NCBI RefSeq assembly: GCF_964355755.1
Contig: NC_092676.1
Span: forward strand, 26,926,871 to 26,990,870
Direction: 5' to 3'
Length of the DNA stretch: 64,000 nt
Origin: Antedon mediterranea
Taxonomy: Eukaryota; Animalia; Echinodermata
The notes under the pieces are model-generated. The model was not told the DNA's origin. It saw only the letters and a program-made list of their open reading frames with translations, and did not search any database. The position numbers were made by a program, and so were the translations under genes. Below are positions 1 through 13,151 of this stretch, in pieces; position 1 is the first letter of the stretch, and every line of letters begins with the position of its first letter.

Positions 1-144
1 GAGAGAGCTTTACAGTACCTGGATAAACCGACAATAGCCTGCTTTTCTGAGGATGACAAAAGAATGTTCTTTGAATATCCCTGTACAATAACCACACCAC
101 ATCATTTCTTAATGATGAAGTTGCCAAACTTTTTTTTTTGCCAG

Positions 145-363
145 AATAATGCAGATCCTGTTATCACAAATAAAAGAGCCGAGACACCGATACACTTAGC
201 CGCACAGTATGGCCGTCTAGAAGCAGTCCAGCAACTACTACGATGCCAAAGTCTATTAGACCGTATTCCTCCCACGCACTCGTTGCTACATCTTGCCGCA
301 CGCAATGGTCATCACCAAGTGGTCAAGCTACTATTAGACGAGGGCTGCGATATCAACCATACA
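145..363 (+). CDS. ANKS1: ANKS1 exon (ankyrin repeats)
   Basis: tttgccag|AAT...ACA|gtaaga. Encodes ETPIHLAAQYGR and SLLHLAARNGHHQVVKLLLDEGCDIN; phase 0-0. Confidence 0.93.
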
Positions 364-557
364 GTAAGACTTATTTTTATGTCAAAGTTGAGAAAATTTG
401 CGAAAGGGTTCGCAAGTTTCACAACTAACACTCAGACCATGGGTCTTCAGCCATTCATGCTATACCACATTTAGTAATAAACTATTTAAGTCTTAATTTT
501 CCATCTTGTCTTTGCATAAACGGACCTGGCAGAATAATTTCAATATCCATTTTCTAA

Positions 558-714
558 AGCTCTGTCTACACTATCAAACTAGTTTGACAAAAAGGTGTGA
601 TGTGCCCAAATATGGTAGTGATATGCTTAAATATGATAGCAATATGACATTATCATGTCCATGAGCACATTTTTTTGTCACATAAAGTTTGATACTGATA
701 GTGTAGACAGACCT
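558..714. mobile_element. MITE family A (Harbinger/Tourist-like), copy 1
   Basis: TIR AGCTCTGTCTACACTATCAAACT / AGTTTGATAGTGTAGACAGAGCT, TAA on both flanks, internal ~20-bp subrepeats GATATGCCCAAATATGGTAGT. Confidence 0.85.
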
Positions 715-2051
715 TAACATTAATTTTTCATAATAATTCTTCATTTTGATATTTTTAGTTTATGTAGTAATTATTTGATACATTTATTTCCTATTTTGCA
801 TTACTTTTTTCACAACTTGTCAACAGGCTAGGCTACACAATAATGAGGTATATTATTTTTTATTTATCATGCTTTTTCAGTGCAGTTGATCGTGCATATT
901 TTATTTATATTCTGCATTTGTTGGTTATTTATGTGATTGTGTCAATTGCATATCTATTGTTATACTGTAACCTACATTTAATAGTGCCTGTGCATACAGT
1001 GTTTTTAAAATGAATTCAATAGGGATAGTTTTTAAAGGAGTTTACTGTACCTTAAATTTTTGAATATATGTATATTTGCTATGCAAGTGCTATGTATAAA
1101 TTTAAACAGTGCCATGTAAATTTGAATAGTTTGCAATTTTTACACCATTATTTTATGAATTATATGATTAAATAAAAAATTTTCAATTATTCTACTGCAT
1201 CATGAAACATTTTTATGTATTTAAACGTTTAATTTTTAAATTTAATTTTTTTCTAGTTTTCTAATGGTTGCACTTACACATTTTTATATTTCCTCTGACC
1301 AGCTTTTAATATAAAATGCATCATCAAATTTGTCAAAGATAATTTCAAGGGTATTTTTTTTAATTTTTGAAATATATATCCTTTTATAACAAGGTTAAAT
1401 TGTAAATATTAATTTCTTGAACCTTGTTCATTCAATTCTTGAACCATTGTTGCATAATTGCTTTAGATAATTTTAATTTATTTTACTCTCAGTCAAATTT
1501 GCTTAACTTTGTTTTTAATGTGGGGTATTGGACGTGGTGGCAACTTGTAAAAATATATACCATAAGTTTACTTTGTTGTGTATTACTATTAAAACTTTGA
1601 GTGGATAGCTATTCAAATATTAAGTTGTAAATCAGTTACCCAGTATGCTAAACATGTGGTACTTTCATACCCAATAGCAAAGAACTTATAACACAAGAAT
1701 CTCCTGTTCGTCCGAAGCGCGTAACAATTTCGAAAGGCATTGTGGGATAGAATAGAGCTATGGGTGGCGCCATTGTGAGCCATGGAGTAGGGCGCCCGCA
1801 TCAAATTAGAAAGTCAAAATCATAGAGGGGATCTGCTAATACTCTAGGGGGGTTAGAGTATTGACTTCCTAGTTTGGAGGGGGCGCTGCTCCATGCTGTG
1901 AAATGGCGTCGCCCAGTTTGACCTTTTAACCCTGTACTTCCGATACTGTGTTTTTAATACCTTGTTTTTTTAAATCCTGGATTTGGTTTTTCTTCAACCA
2001 TATTTCGTACATGATGGCAGATGGATGTTGTCATCTGTTTTGTTCATAAAT

Positions 2052-2295
2052 TACTTGGATAAACCAACAATAGCCTTTCTTGGTAACTCAAAAAGTAGAA
2101 AATTCATTGAACACCCCATGCCATATATATGGTATAGTCCATAGAGAGTAATATTGTATCTCCCTAATGGAACAATTGTAAAGGGATCTGACTGGTACTT
2201 GGATAAACCAACAATAGCCTTTCTTGATAACTCAAAAAGTAGACAATTCATTTAACACCCATTGCCACATGGTATAGTCCATGTAAGAGAGTGAT
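2052..2295. repeat. 144-bp-period tandem duplication; unit start also at about 16-45
   Basis: TACTTGGATAAACCAACAATAGCCTTTCTTG at 2052 and 2196; TACCTGGATAAACCGACAATAGCCT at 16. Confidence 0.85.
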
Positions 2296-3021
2296 ATGGT
2301 ACAATGGTATGGAATGTTACTGGTTTATGAAAAGGTGCGAGTTTGAGTAATTTTGTAACTTACAGTAATGTATACATTATATAATGCATGTGTGTGAACA
2401 TTGTTATGAATTTTCTATATTTAGAACTTTTGCCAAAATGTTGTTTTGTATGTGTGTTTATAGTATGTTTGCTTGTATGCATGTGTCTTGTGATTGTTTA
2501 TGCATGGATGAACATTACTTGTTGATTGTTCCCAATTTAACTTCACAATGACAAGATAATTAGAAGTTTTAGCAAGTATGGTTATTTTTGGTGGATATGT
2601 TTTTGAGGCTTATTTAGAGGTCTTCAACTCCGCTTGAATCCAGCCCAGCACCCTAAAAGGTTTATTTTAAACCTCCAGATAGCTATACCATTATGTGTGT
2701 GCATTGCTGTATATTATTATGGACTTTCCATTATACTTTCTGTATTAAAGTGTTTAAAAGATGGATTGTCCTTTGATTGAAAAGACTAAGGTACAATATC
2801 AAGTGCTCTGAATTAGAATTGTACGTATACAAGTATATGAAGATTTAAACGGTGCACTGGTCCCAGTCACTGTTCAGTAAATAGATTTAATTTATGGAAA
2901 ATGCATATTTTAATTAATCTTAACTAATATTTAGCTTTAAATACAACTTTTGTCTTGATGATTATCATTATTTTGACGATTATTTGACAACATTTAATAA
3001 AGGTAAAATTTAATATTTCAG

Positions 3022-3205
3022 CTAAGCAGTGGAACCCCTCTACACGAAGCGGCTGTGTTTGGCAAAGCAGACGTAGTTCGCGTTCTTCTCGAATATGATG
3101 GCAAAATAGATGCAAACATTCAAGACGCGTCGGGAGAAACTGCTCTGGAGAAGATTGAAGAACATCCTTCAAAGAAGTCTGTAATCATTAGTGCTCTCAT
3201 CAAAG
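3022..3205 (+). CDS. ANKS1: ANKS1 exon (last ankyrin repeat)
   Basis: tttcag|CTA...AAAG|gtactg. Encodes GTPLHEAAVFGKADVVRVLL...HPSKKSVIISALIK; phase 0-1. Confidence 0.92.
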
Positions 3206-3832
3206 GTACTGGTTGTAACATTTTAAAATTAATAAAACTCCCCTAATCTGGGAAACACCCTTATTATGGTGAAATTTTCCTGTGAAACGAGAAGAAATAT
3301 AATAAATATTCTACGGCCAACCACTATCCAGGACAATATTCAAGTGGAAATTTGAACTTGTGCCTTTAATGGGTCTTTATCTGATAGCTTCTTAACCAGG
3401 TCATTTATGTAATAGTTTTCAATGCACTAGTGCAGAGATAAAGACCCATCTTCAAGTTGTAACTAGAGTCTTTATATATTTATAAATTTAACAGGAGGAA
3501 ACTTTAAACCGTCTAGTGATATATTGAAAATTATTTATATCTCCAGGTGCACATAATAAGTACTGATGTTGTTCCATTAAACTAGGTCTTATCCTTTGGC
3601 TTATTTAAACATAAAAATATCCAGAAGGAAGAATCGATCTTTAATTTATGAGACTGACATACGAAGTCATCAAAGAGTGTTCATTCTGATTCTGATTATG
3701 ATTTAACATAAAAAATATGTTTTCCAGAATTTCTGATTTATCAGTAAAATTATGAACTTATATGTTCTCAATAAAAGAAGAAAACTGTACCATTTTGTCT
3801 AATTCCAACTATATTTCAATTTCTCTTTAAAG

Positions 3833-4354
3833 CCTATATTAGACATGAACCACTACCAGATTCAGAACCGGATCGGCCACCATCTGTCAACCTGGAAACC
3901 GCTGACCTTATACCAATTGAGGGCGGTGTGCGTTCACGGCACTCATCAGGTTCACCAGGAGCAAACACTTCATATCCAAATTATCAAAATGTCTGTTTAT
4001 TGCAACCGCCAAATGACCCTGTTTCTCCTCCGCCTACTTTTTTCTCACCTCAAGAACCCGAACCCAGTCCACCAGAACTTAAAATATGTGAAGACACTGT
4101 GCCAGATTTTATTCCGATAAAACCAAACAATAATCCTATGAAGCCACTGAGGCATCATGGGTCAGAACCGGATCTTTACGAAAACGTTGCTCTGCTTCGT
4201 AAAAAACCGCCCAAAAAACCAGTTCGATCTTCGTTTGGAATTTTTCCATCAGAGGACAATCAAGGTAAAAAAGTTCTTCGTACGGTCGGGCAAGTGGACC
4301 AGTCGTTACTTCGCAGTATCTATGCAAAAATTGATAACAATGAAATAGAGAAAG
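3833..4354 (+). CDS. ANKS1: ANKS1 exon (Pro-rich linker)
   Basis: ctctttaaag|CC acceptor, AAAG|gtgagt donor; phase 1-1, same frame as ORF 3928..4446. Confidence 0.8.
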
Positions 4355-4625
4355 GTGAGTTTCTTTTTGGTTTTTACTTGAAGCTGAAGAGTTCCAGTCA
4401 GAGCAGCATGCTAACCAATTCCAAGCTCTGGGATTATAATCCTTAATATCTAATATTTCGCATGCACATTTGTTTAATTATAGAGATATTTCTATGTATC
4501 AGGGGATTACCACCTATCTGATAGGACAGTGATTGATTTACTATTGGTAATCTTTGGCCACTGTGCCTAAAGACATAAAAAATACAAAAATAAAATTAAA
4601 ATGTGTTTCTCTCTTTCTGGTTTGA

Positions 4626-4784
4626 AGCTCTGTCTACAGTATCAAACTAGTTTGACAAAAAAGTGTGATGTGCCCAAATATGGTAGTGATATGCCCAAAT
4701 ATGTAGTGATATGATGTCATCATGTTCATATATGGGCACATCACATTGATTTGTCACATAATGTTTGATAGTGTAGACAGAGCT
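4626..4784. mobile_element. MITE family A, copy 2
   Basis: Same TIRs and internal subrepeats. Confidence 0.85.
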
Positions 4785-4996
4785 TAATTGCCAATATTTG
4801 GCTATTATTGCCTTCAACCACTAGTAACCTTTGAAGAAGATAATCTGAAATATAACAACACAAATATAAGGCCAAAACTTTGAGGTCAGCTTTTCTTTGT
4901 GTGCTTAGTGTCTAGAAAAATGTAAGCCTTCCAATCGGACCGTGTATGTTTTACTTTTTTTGATCCTTGTAATGTTCTTTTATGTTCTTTGTTTAG

Positions 4997-5766
4997 TAGC
5001 TTCAGAGACATGTGAATCTCAAGAACCTTTTGTGTCTGCACAACCTCTTGTATCTCCACAACCTGTTGTTCCTGATCGGAATTATTATGATAAAGATGCT
5101 GGTGACTATGCACAACTCAGAACTGATGTAGAAATAAACACAGATAATAATATTAAAATAGAAAGGACTGAGAGTGAAGGACATACACAAACACAAAAAG
5201 AAGAAATTACACAACAATGTAAACAAAACGAAATAACTGTAGATAATGAAAAACAAATTATTAGCCAACAATTAAATAGTCATCCACAACAAACAATAGA
5301 TGAACAAAAACTAGATAGTCAACAACAACAAATGGATAGTCAACAACAACAAATGGATAGCCAACAACAACAAATAGATTGTCAACAACAACAAATTGGT
5401 AATCAACAAGAAATTGATATTCAACAACAAAATAGTAAACATGTTGATACACAAAAAGTAGATTGTCAAGAAAACAATAGTATACATGTTAATGGTCCGA
5501 AAAATGAATGTTCAGATGGAATTGTGGAAAAAGAACATATACAACAAATTAACCAACATGAGGGAGAAGAACATGAAACGTTACCAAAACGGCCAGGTTC
5601 TCTGGAAAAGGATGATGAAACAGAACAGAACAGACAGAGCCAGAAAAGAAATTCAAAAGATATGGATACTCCTGCTGCCAAAACCAGGCCAGCACTGGCC
5701 CCAAGGCCGTCAATAGGACCAAGACCGTCACTAGCTCCGAGGCCGTCAATACGCAAACCACAACGA
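4997..5766 (+). CDS. ANKS1: ANKS1 exon (Gln-rich and Pro/Arg-rich linker)
   Basis: tttag|TAG tandem acceptor, CGA|gtgagt donor; phase 1-0; open frame of ORF 4942..5793. Confidence 0.78.
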
Positions 5767-7604
5767 GTGAGTGCCGAACTAATGAAAGTTTAAATAATTA
5801 AAATCTGATTCAATTAATTATGTAATTAATAATATGCATTCGTTAGGGTATTATTCAGGTAGTTAAATATGTAAACAATTATTTTATTGTAAAGTTAATT
5901 TTTATGTCAAATATCGGGTGAACTTGGATTGTTACTGTTCTAGGGTTTTTTAATGAAAAAAAAAGTGTATTGTTGCCAAAATTTACAATTCCCCGGTTAC
6001 ATAATGTCCTGAAAAGTGATATCTACCAACTATAATTATTACTATCCAACTGTCTATTTTTGTACTTTTTACAAAATAAGAACTTGGAGTAGTTGCTGAA
6101 GCTACCACAATGTCGATGAAATCCATTGATATACAATTGTCATTTTGGGAGTATGTGAATACAGTTCCTCTTCAAGTATTTTTAACAAGTCAACCCTAAT
6201 AGTATAGTTAATTTGATACAGTTGTAGATTGAACCAAGGTGTCCATGCATTCCAGGACAAGCTCGCAACTAGCCCTTAATGAGAAAGTACAGTAGTTAGG
6301 AACAAAGGCCACTAGATTAGGATTAATTAATTTGGTGATTTACACACCAAAGATACATTCTTAGAAACCCTGAGGTACTTTCCAATAGTGCATTCATTGC
6401 CAATTTGATCATGTGCCTCTTGTTGGTAACATTGTTTTCTTCACGACAATAATATTGGTTTAAATCATCAATTTTTATACTTTTATCCCTAAAAAGTGTG
6501 CCTCTATAAAAGTGAAAACATTAACAGTACTAGTTTTTAACTGTTTTAATGTTTAATTTGATAAAAACTGTAGTATTAATATTAAATTAATGATTTTTAA
6601 CAAATTTTATATTACAAAATCTTAAACAAAATTTTAATGGTTAACAAATTTTAATATTTACCAGCTCTACTGAATTTTGATAAATCAATTAATTTGACCA
6701 AATTTTTTCAACTTACAAATGTTGAATTTCTATTCTTGCCATCTTTGTTTTTGTTTAAATTAGTTAAAGAAGATTAACAACTTTACTGGTACTACATATA
6801 TATTTATTTAGATTCCTGAAATCATGGAAGAAAAATCATTTCTCACCAAAACAACACAAAAATCCTTGAATATTGAAGTTTCAAATTTCAGGTTTTATGT
6901 TGGTTAAAGCATTTGATTATTTTCTTAATTTAATAAAAAACCAACATGTCATTTCATATTTCATCAAAATCAGATTCCGAAATAAATTAACTTTAATTTC
7001 ACAATTTTTTTTACAAAATGAATGTCTTTATTTTTCTGGAAAATGTTGCAGTTATAAATAATCATTTTGTAAATTCCGACAGTCCTGTTTACTGTCACTT
7101 TTAATGGTTCTTGCGTTGCGGTATTTAGACAAATTTATTGCGACTGCACGGCACGTCAAAGAGTGTACACCTTAAAAGGGAATAACAAAAACGTATTGAA
7201 AATTCATAATTACGGTATCAAGACAACTCATGTCATACCTTTTACAACCATATGGCGCCTAAGAATGTGTTTACATTCCAAAACATTTTATAGCAAATCC
7301 AAATTTTAAGTAAACTCAAAAATCAAAAGAAAATATTTAACACCATAGTACCTATTTTATAAACTGACTAAATTCAAAGTTTGTATAAAAATTTACTGCA
7401 ATAATGTGGCTTGAATTCCAATATCAGACCTCAATTTTATAATAACAATTTCATAATAACAATTTCATTAATCTCTTTGTATGAATTCAAAATTTAATAA
7501 ATGTAAATATTACTAATGACATTTTATAGGGACGTGTTTATACTAAAATGTTTGTATATTCATTATGTTGTTGTTTATTGGGGACGTATCATTTTCACTG
7601 CATG

Positions 7605-8114
7605 ACACCTAGACTACAAAGCAACAAACCTGACTCATATTAAGGGGACCCCTAAAGCGTCGTTCCCACTAGCGACGCAACACAAGGTCGTAACGCAACG
7701 CAAGTGAATTGACCAATCACAAGCGATGGCTTATTCTCTTGTGATTGGTAACTGTCTATAACTTCGCTTGTCATTGGTTAAAACGCTTGCGTTGCGTTTA
7801 CATCCTTGCGTTACGTTCTAGTGGGAACCAAGCTTTAGGACCAAACAAAGTGTTCCACTCATAGTCGTGTCCCTGAATAATGTTCATTTCTCCGAAACTG
7901 TCTCCATAATAGGATTTTTCCGGAATAGAGGTTAACCACAGGAGAGGTATCCTAATGGAAAGGTCTTCCAAGGATTTTCCAAATAAGGAGTTCTGCTGTA
8001 TATTACATTCTAGACCAAATCTGAAAATTGGAGTAGTTGCAGAATCTATCATGACGCTGGTTTAGACGTTCTACAATGCACATTTTTGTTAGGTGCTGTT
8101 TGTAGTCTAGGTGT
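7605..8114. mobile_element. TIR-bounded non-autonomous element hosting nested insertions
   Basis: ACACCTAGACTACAAA (7605) and TTTGTAGTCTAGGTGT (8099-8114) form a perfect 16-bp inverted repeat; superfamily not clear. Confidence 0.6.
7656..7834. mobile_element. MITE family B (Harbinger-like), copy 1
   Basis: TIR AGC..GTTCCCACTAG / CTAGTGGGAACCAAGCT, TAA/TTA flanks, internal CCAAT inverted repeats. Near-identical inverted copy at 46280. Confidence 0.85.
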
Positions 8115-10294
8115 TAAATTTTGAAATTGCGACGTTTTTATTGTCATTGTCATACTTATTGTTGTTGTTAATCTTTCAAACATATTTAATTGATTTCATT
8201 CATTATTTGTATATTATTGCCGGTTAGCTTTGACATTGGCCATATGAAATTGTAAATATTAAATGTGTATTAATAGGCTATGCTAGACATTAATTGCTAT
8301 TGCTAATTAATTAAGCTATAATACTGCTAATTAGGCTTTTTATCACATGAAGAAGCTGGGGAAATACTAAGTTATTTATTTATACTTGTGGTATTTCAGT
8401 TTTTATTCCCTTTTTCGTTTCTAAGTCTTACCTCTAAATTATTAAACTATATATATATTCAAAAACTATAGGTAAATCTCTGTTCCACATTTAAACACGG
8501 TTTTTTATACTGAAAACATATTTCTTGGTCATAGGTCAACTAATTTTTACACATGGTTTTGGAATCAAATAATGGATTGTTATTCTTTTTTTGCTTAAAA
8601 AATAGCGAGGGAGCCCTCAACAATGTCCTAAACGTACCTAAATTTTAATTAGATACAAAAAATAACTTTATGGGTCAAAACAATTACATTTTGCAGATCG
8701 GTTAATTGTTTTTTATTAGGTCCAAGGAAAGTTAAGCAAGTCGTCACGCTATCGCTGGAACTCATGACAACTGTGGCCATTTTTAAAAATTGTATTCTGA
8801 AATTTAAATGTATTTTTTAACGAGGAATTTTACATTATTCCACACCATCATTAGTTTTTTTTTAATGAAATATTAGTTTATACAGGAATACTCCTTGAAT
8901 AACTTTTCGTATATAATATTTAGTTAAGTCTATAAATAATGACTTTGTATAATAATGTACTATTAATATGTATCTTTTGTTTCAATACAGTAAACATTAA
9001 AATATGGTATACCAACGTTCAGTTTGCATGAGTATTAATATTATATTTTATTGCTTTTATTCAGTTTTCAGACATATTCGAAAAATTATTATTAATATGC
9101 AAAATCGTATTTCATTATTTTGTTTATTTATTATTTAAGTTGTAATTCAAAATGTTTTAAAAATAATTACACACATGATAACAAATTGAGTAATTTATAT
9201 TCAATGCTAAATTTATTGTGTTTTTGCCCTTTTTTTCAATTACTAAATAGAATACAGAAAATAAAAACAGAAAATATAGGTTACTTTATGGTTTTTATAA
9301 ACATAAATTTTAAATAAAACACAGCTTTTTGTGAGAGTAAAAATTTAATTTATCCGAACTGAAACTTTCTATTTGATAAACAGAAACTTTACCATAAAAC
9401 CACTTCAAGATTTATTTGATGGCTATGAAATAAAAATATATTATACTACCTTCATAAAATGATTCAGCCTTTGTTTTATTGGCGTGCCATCTACATTTTC
9501 ATCAACATCTAATAAATATTTATTGCCCATAAAGTGTCTTGTATTGTCCAAAAGTGTTTAAGAATATAAAGTCATCAATCCTTATTAATTTCACCATTAT
9601 ATATATTATAATCATCTTCATCATTATAATCATCAAAATGATAATTATCAACAAGTACAGTTTTGCATACTCTACAATGTTTATATTGAAGGAAGAAATT
9701 TATAAACAGTTTAATGAGGAACAATTGTATTCATTTGCATCATCTTCATCTCCAAAATAAGTTTTTTCATCAAGGGGTAATAATTTTGATTACAACCCTT
9801 CATATTCTGATAGAACCTATAGTCTGAAATCCATAATTTGTATCATATCTAGTACAAGTACAATTTCATAAAAAATACACATAAAAGTAATGCAAATGTC
9901 TACTTACATTGTTGCCCTTAAAATGGTATTATCAATCAATTCTAGAAGTAAAATTCTTGCTAAAAGATTTTAAAATACACATACAATTTATTTGATTTAT
10001 TTCTAATACATTTAAAAAGACTATAGATGGATAAATATATAATAATTGTAGATGTTCATTATATTTTATGGTTGCATGCAACAACAATTTGGTAGCTTGT
10101 AAATATTATATATAGCAACAATTTGTCATATTAAACATCTTGTGATATTATACTACTGTAAATATAATAATATGTATAGTACATTTATCAAGCATGATCA
10201 GTAAACAATGGTATATCAAGTGATGTTCATGTGTCCGTGAACATATATTGTAGGTGTTGCCTTATTTAACTTTTACATACACACCATACACAAT

Positions 10295-10590
10295 CTCTAG
10301 TACTACCCTGGATCTTTAAGACTGCCTTGCATTCTCTGGGACTGCCCTAGAATCTCTAGGACTAGACCTACCCTGGATTCTCCAGTACTACCCTGGATTT
10401 CTCCATGACTGCACTGAAATCTCCATGAATGCCTTGGATTCTCTAGGACTAGGACTATCCTGGATTCTCTAAAGCTAGGCCTACCCTGGATTCTCCATGA
10501 CAACTTTGGACCCTCACCCTGGATAGTCCAGTACTTCCCTGGATTTTGCATGACTACCCTGGATTCACTATCCTTCTCCAGTACTAAAAT
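10295..10590. repeat. degenerate ~19-25-bp minisatellite (ACTACCCTGGATTCTCCAG-like)
   Basis: CCCTGGATTCTC core recurs about 12 times. Confidence 0.75.
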
Positions 10591-11506
10591 TCTCCAAAAC
10601 ACATTTCCACCAAAAATTTCCACCAAAGATGAAAATTAAATTATTTATACAACACTGCAACTATTATACATTACAAACGGACTATATTGTACACTACAAA
10701 TATAAATACATTTTCATTTCCACAAAAATCTGCAACAACATTTAATTTCATCATTAATTTTCTTTTTATTTGGTTTTGTTAATCCGAATTTCCTTCATTA
10801 TTTTTATATGAAATGTTTGTTGGTAATATTTATTTGTTTAAAATCAGTATTATTGATTTCATATTTTATTTTATATATAATTTTGCATGTATGCTGCCTC
10901 TGTATATTTTTATGGCAAAATGCATTTTGTATGAAGAATATAAATTCAATGGAAATTTTAAAATGTTTAATATCTATATTCTTCATACAAGCATTGTAGT
11001 AGTTGTAGTTTTATTATTATTGTTTGCTTGTCATCATTTATTTTTCTTAGAGCCTAATATCTGCTAAACGCAAATTTTCGCACTTTAATCAAAAAAATAA
11101 GAATGGGGGTATTGCATATGGTGTTGTCTTTTGTAGATTAGTAAACTTATTGAAATCTTGGCATAATTAGGCTGTATGGTTAATCATTAATCAAGTCTTT
11201 GCAAGACGTGGCATGACACACAAGACTACGAAGCAATAGGAGAGGGGTGTAAATAATATCTGTGATAACGTCCCCAACTACCTAAATTTCCATATTTTTG
11301 CATAGTTGCGGAATCTTATTGGTTTCTAATTGTACACAGATCTTACACATAATTGATTAGTAGTCTTTGATCAATGTTATGTTAAATACAAAGTCTCTAA
11401 TTTTGAAATGAGCCAATTGCAAAAATGTATTAGTGGTTATATACAAACGGCCCAAAAAATTAAAATCTTGCTAGTTTCCTATCTGAAATAATTTACATCA
11501 TTTCAG

Positions 11507-11638
11507 GAAGAGCAAGATGAAGGCGAATCTACTAATATCCAAACTTGCCACAGCACTGCTTTTGAACCCGATATCCCTGGGGAGGAGGTCCTTTATGAAA
11601 GCCTTTCACAAGCACTCAGTCACCCTTCAACTCACCAG
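11507..11638 (+). CDS. ANKS1: ANKS1 exon (linker)
   Basis: tttcag|GAA...CAG|gtaaga; 44 open codons EEQDEGE...VLYESLSQALSHPSTHQ; phase 0-0. Not in the ORF track. Confidence 0.78.
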
Positions 11639-11839
11639 GTAAGAAGGAGCTAGGCCACCACTGAGTAGCCACCACCTAGATTGAATGACGACTTCACTTC
11701 ACTAAGTATTTACTTAGCTTTCTCTTCTTGCACCATGGTATCAATTCTTAAGCTTTAAGTTGTCACTTTTCACTTCAAGTGAATAACTGTTTACATCTTC
11801 ATATGCTATTTAACACCGGCTTTTAATCTACTTCTGCAA

Positions 11840-12300
11840 CCAAGTTCTAAGCTAAGTTGACACCACATTATAAGTCATTTCTGACACCTGAGAAAATTAC
11901 TGTGGTCTCGGATGACACCACATTATAAGCCATTTCTGACACGTCAAGTCCTACGTCCTTTCTGACCCAAAGTTCTACACCGTTTCTGACACAAAGTTCT
12001 ACACAATATTTGACACCAAGTATACACCATTTTACAAGTTCTTAGTCATTTCTAACACAGAGTCCTAAGTCATTTGTGAGACCAAGTTCTAAGCCATTTC
12101 TGATACAGAGTCATAAATCATTTCTGAGACCAATTTCTAAGCCATTTCTGACACCAAGTCCTGAGCCATTGTTGACACCATTTTCTAAGAAAGCTATATC
12201 TTAACATCCTTTGAGGCTTGAGACAACGCTTCTAAGATACTCTTCTGATTCCAAGCTATTTCTAACATCCACTTTGACACCAAGTACCAAGCCTCTTACT
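11840..12300. repeat. degenerate ~21-bp minisatellite (CATTTCTGACACCAAGTTCTAAG-like)
   Basis: TTTCTGACAC / CAAGTTCTAAG cores recur across about 450 bp. Confidence 0.75.
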
Positions 12301-13151
12301 TGTCTTCACTTCTAAATTGCAAGTATCTTCTCTTGGTGATGGGACTTGCTCTAATATCTTGTGAACTCACATGCCTACTCTATATATTTATTATTATGTT
12401 GAACTAGAATATTGCATTGTGGGATTTGCATCCTTCATTGTTGCATGAAAACTAATCCATTCCTCATTTTTGCATGTTTAATATTTTGGTTACTAATATT
12501 TGTTTTCATTTAATACAGATACACCATTAACATAACAAATTAACAGTATTTTGTAATTATTAACTTTTTGTAAGTACAATAAACAAAAAATCTTTAGACA
12601 AAATATTCTTTTTTATGCTGCAAAAATATAGGTTAGTGTTCAGTCTTCTACTCTATAGTGAGCACATTTTTTCGCATTTCTTCGTCTTCTTTTACTGTTT
12701 CTTATTGTGAAATACACTTTTTTTTTTTTTTTCCACTTGGTAAGGTGGGCAAACATCTTTAAAAAGTTAAGTCCAAACTTAACAAATAGGTTTAAATAAT
12801 TAGAATAGTTAGTATATTTAGAAATGTTTTGTTTCATATTTATAAAGACGTAAAAATATGTAAAACCAAGGAAGCCCTTCACAAGCTTTTGCTTTCTCAG
12901 TTTTCACCCTCTTAATTTACTGTACTTAAAACTGTTTTATTATTACTATTGAGATAAGAAAAATAAACGTTAGTTTAAAATAAAGTTAATGATGATGTAG
13001 GCATTCCTTTCATTCTTGATTGTATTTTTAAATTATTATTCTTTGCATAAGATGAAACTTAAAATGAAACATAACTACACAATTGTAAATACAATTTTAA
13101 ATTCAATGCATTTTATTTTATTTTGAAAATAACTTAATGTATCTGTTACAG

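Noticed and set aside
4942-4996. Signal-peptide-like N-terminus of ORF 4942..5793
   Set aside because: The hydrophobic stretch is the translated T-rich intron acceptor region; the ORF is an internal ANKS1 exon.
10303-10626. 107-aa minus-strand ORF
   Set aside because: Coincides with a degenerate minisatellite; no domain or splice support.
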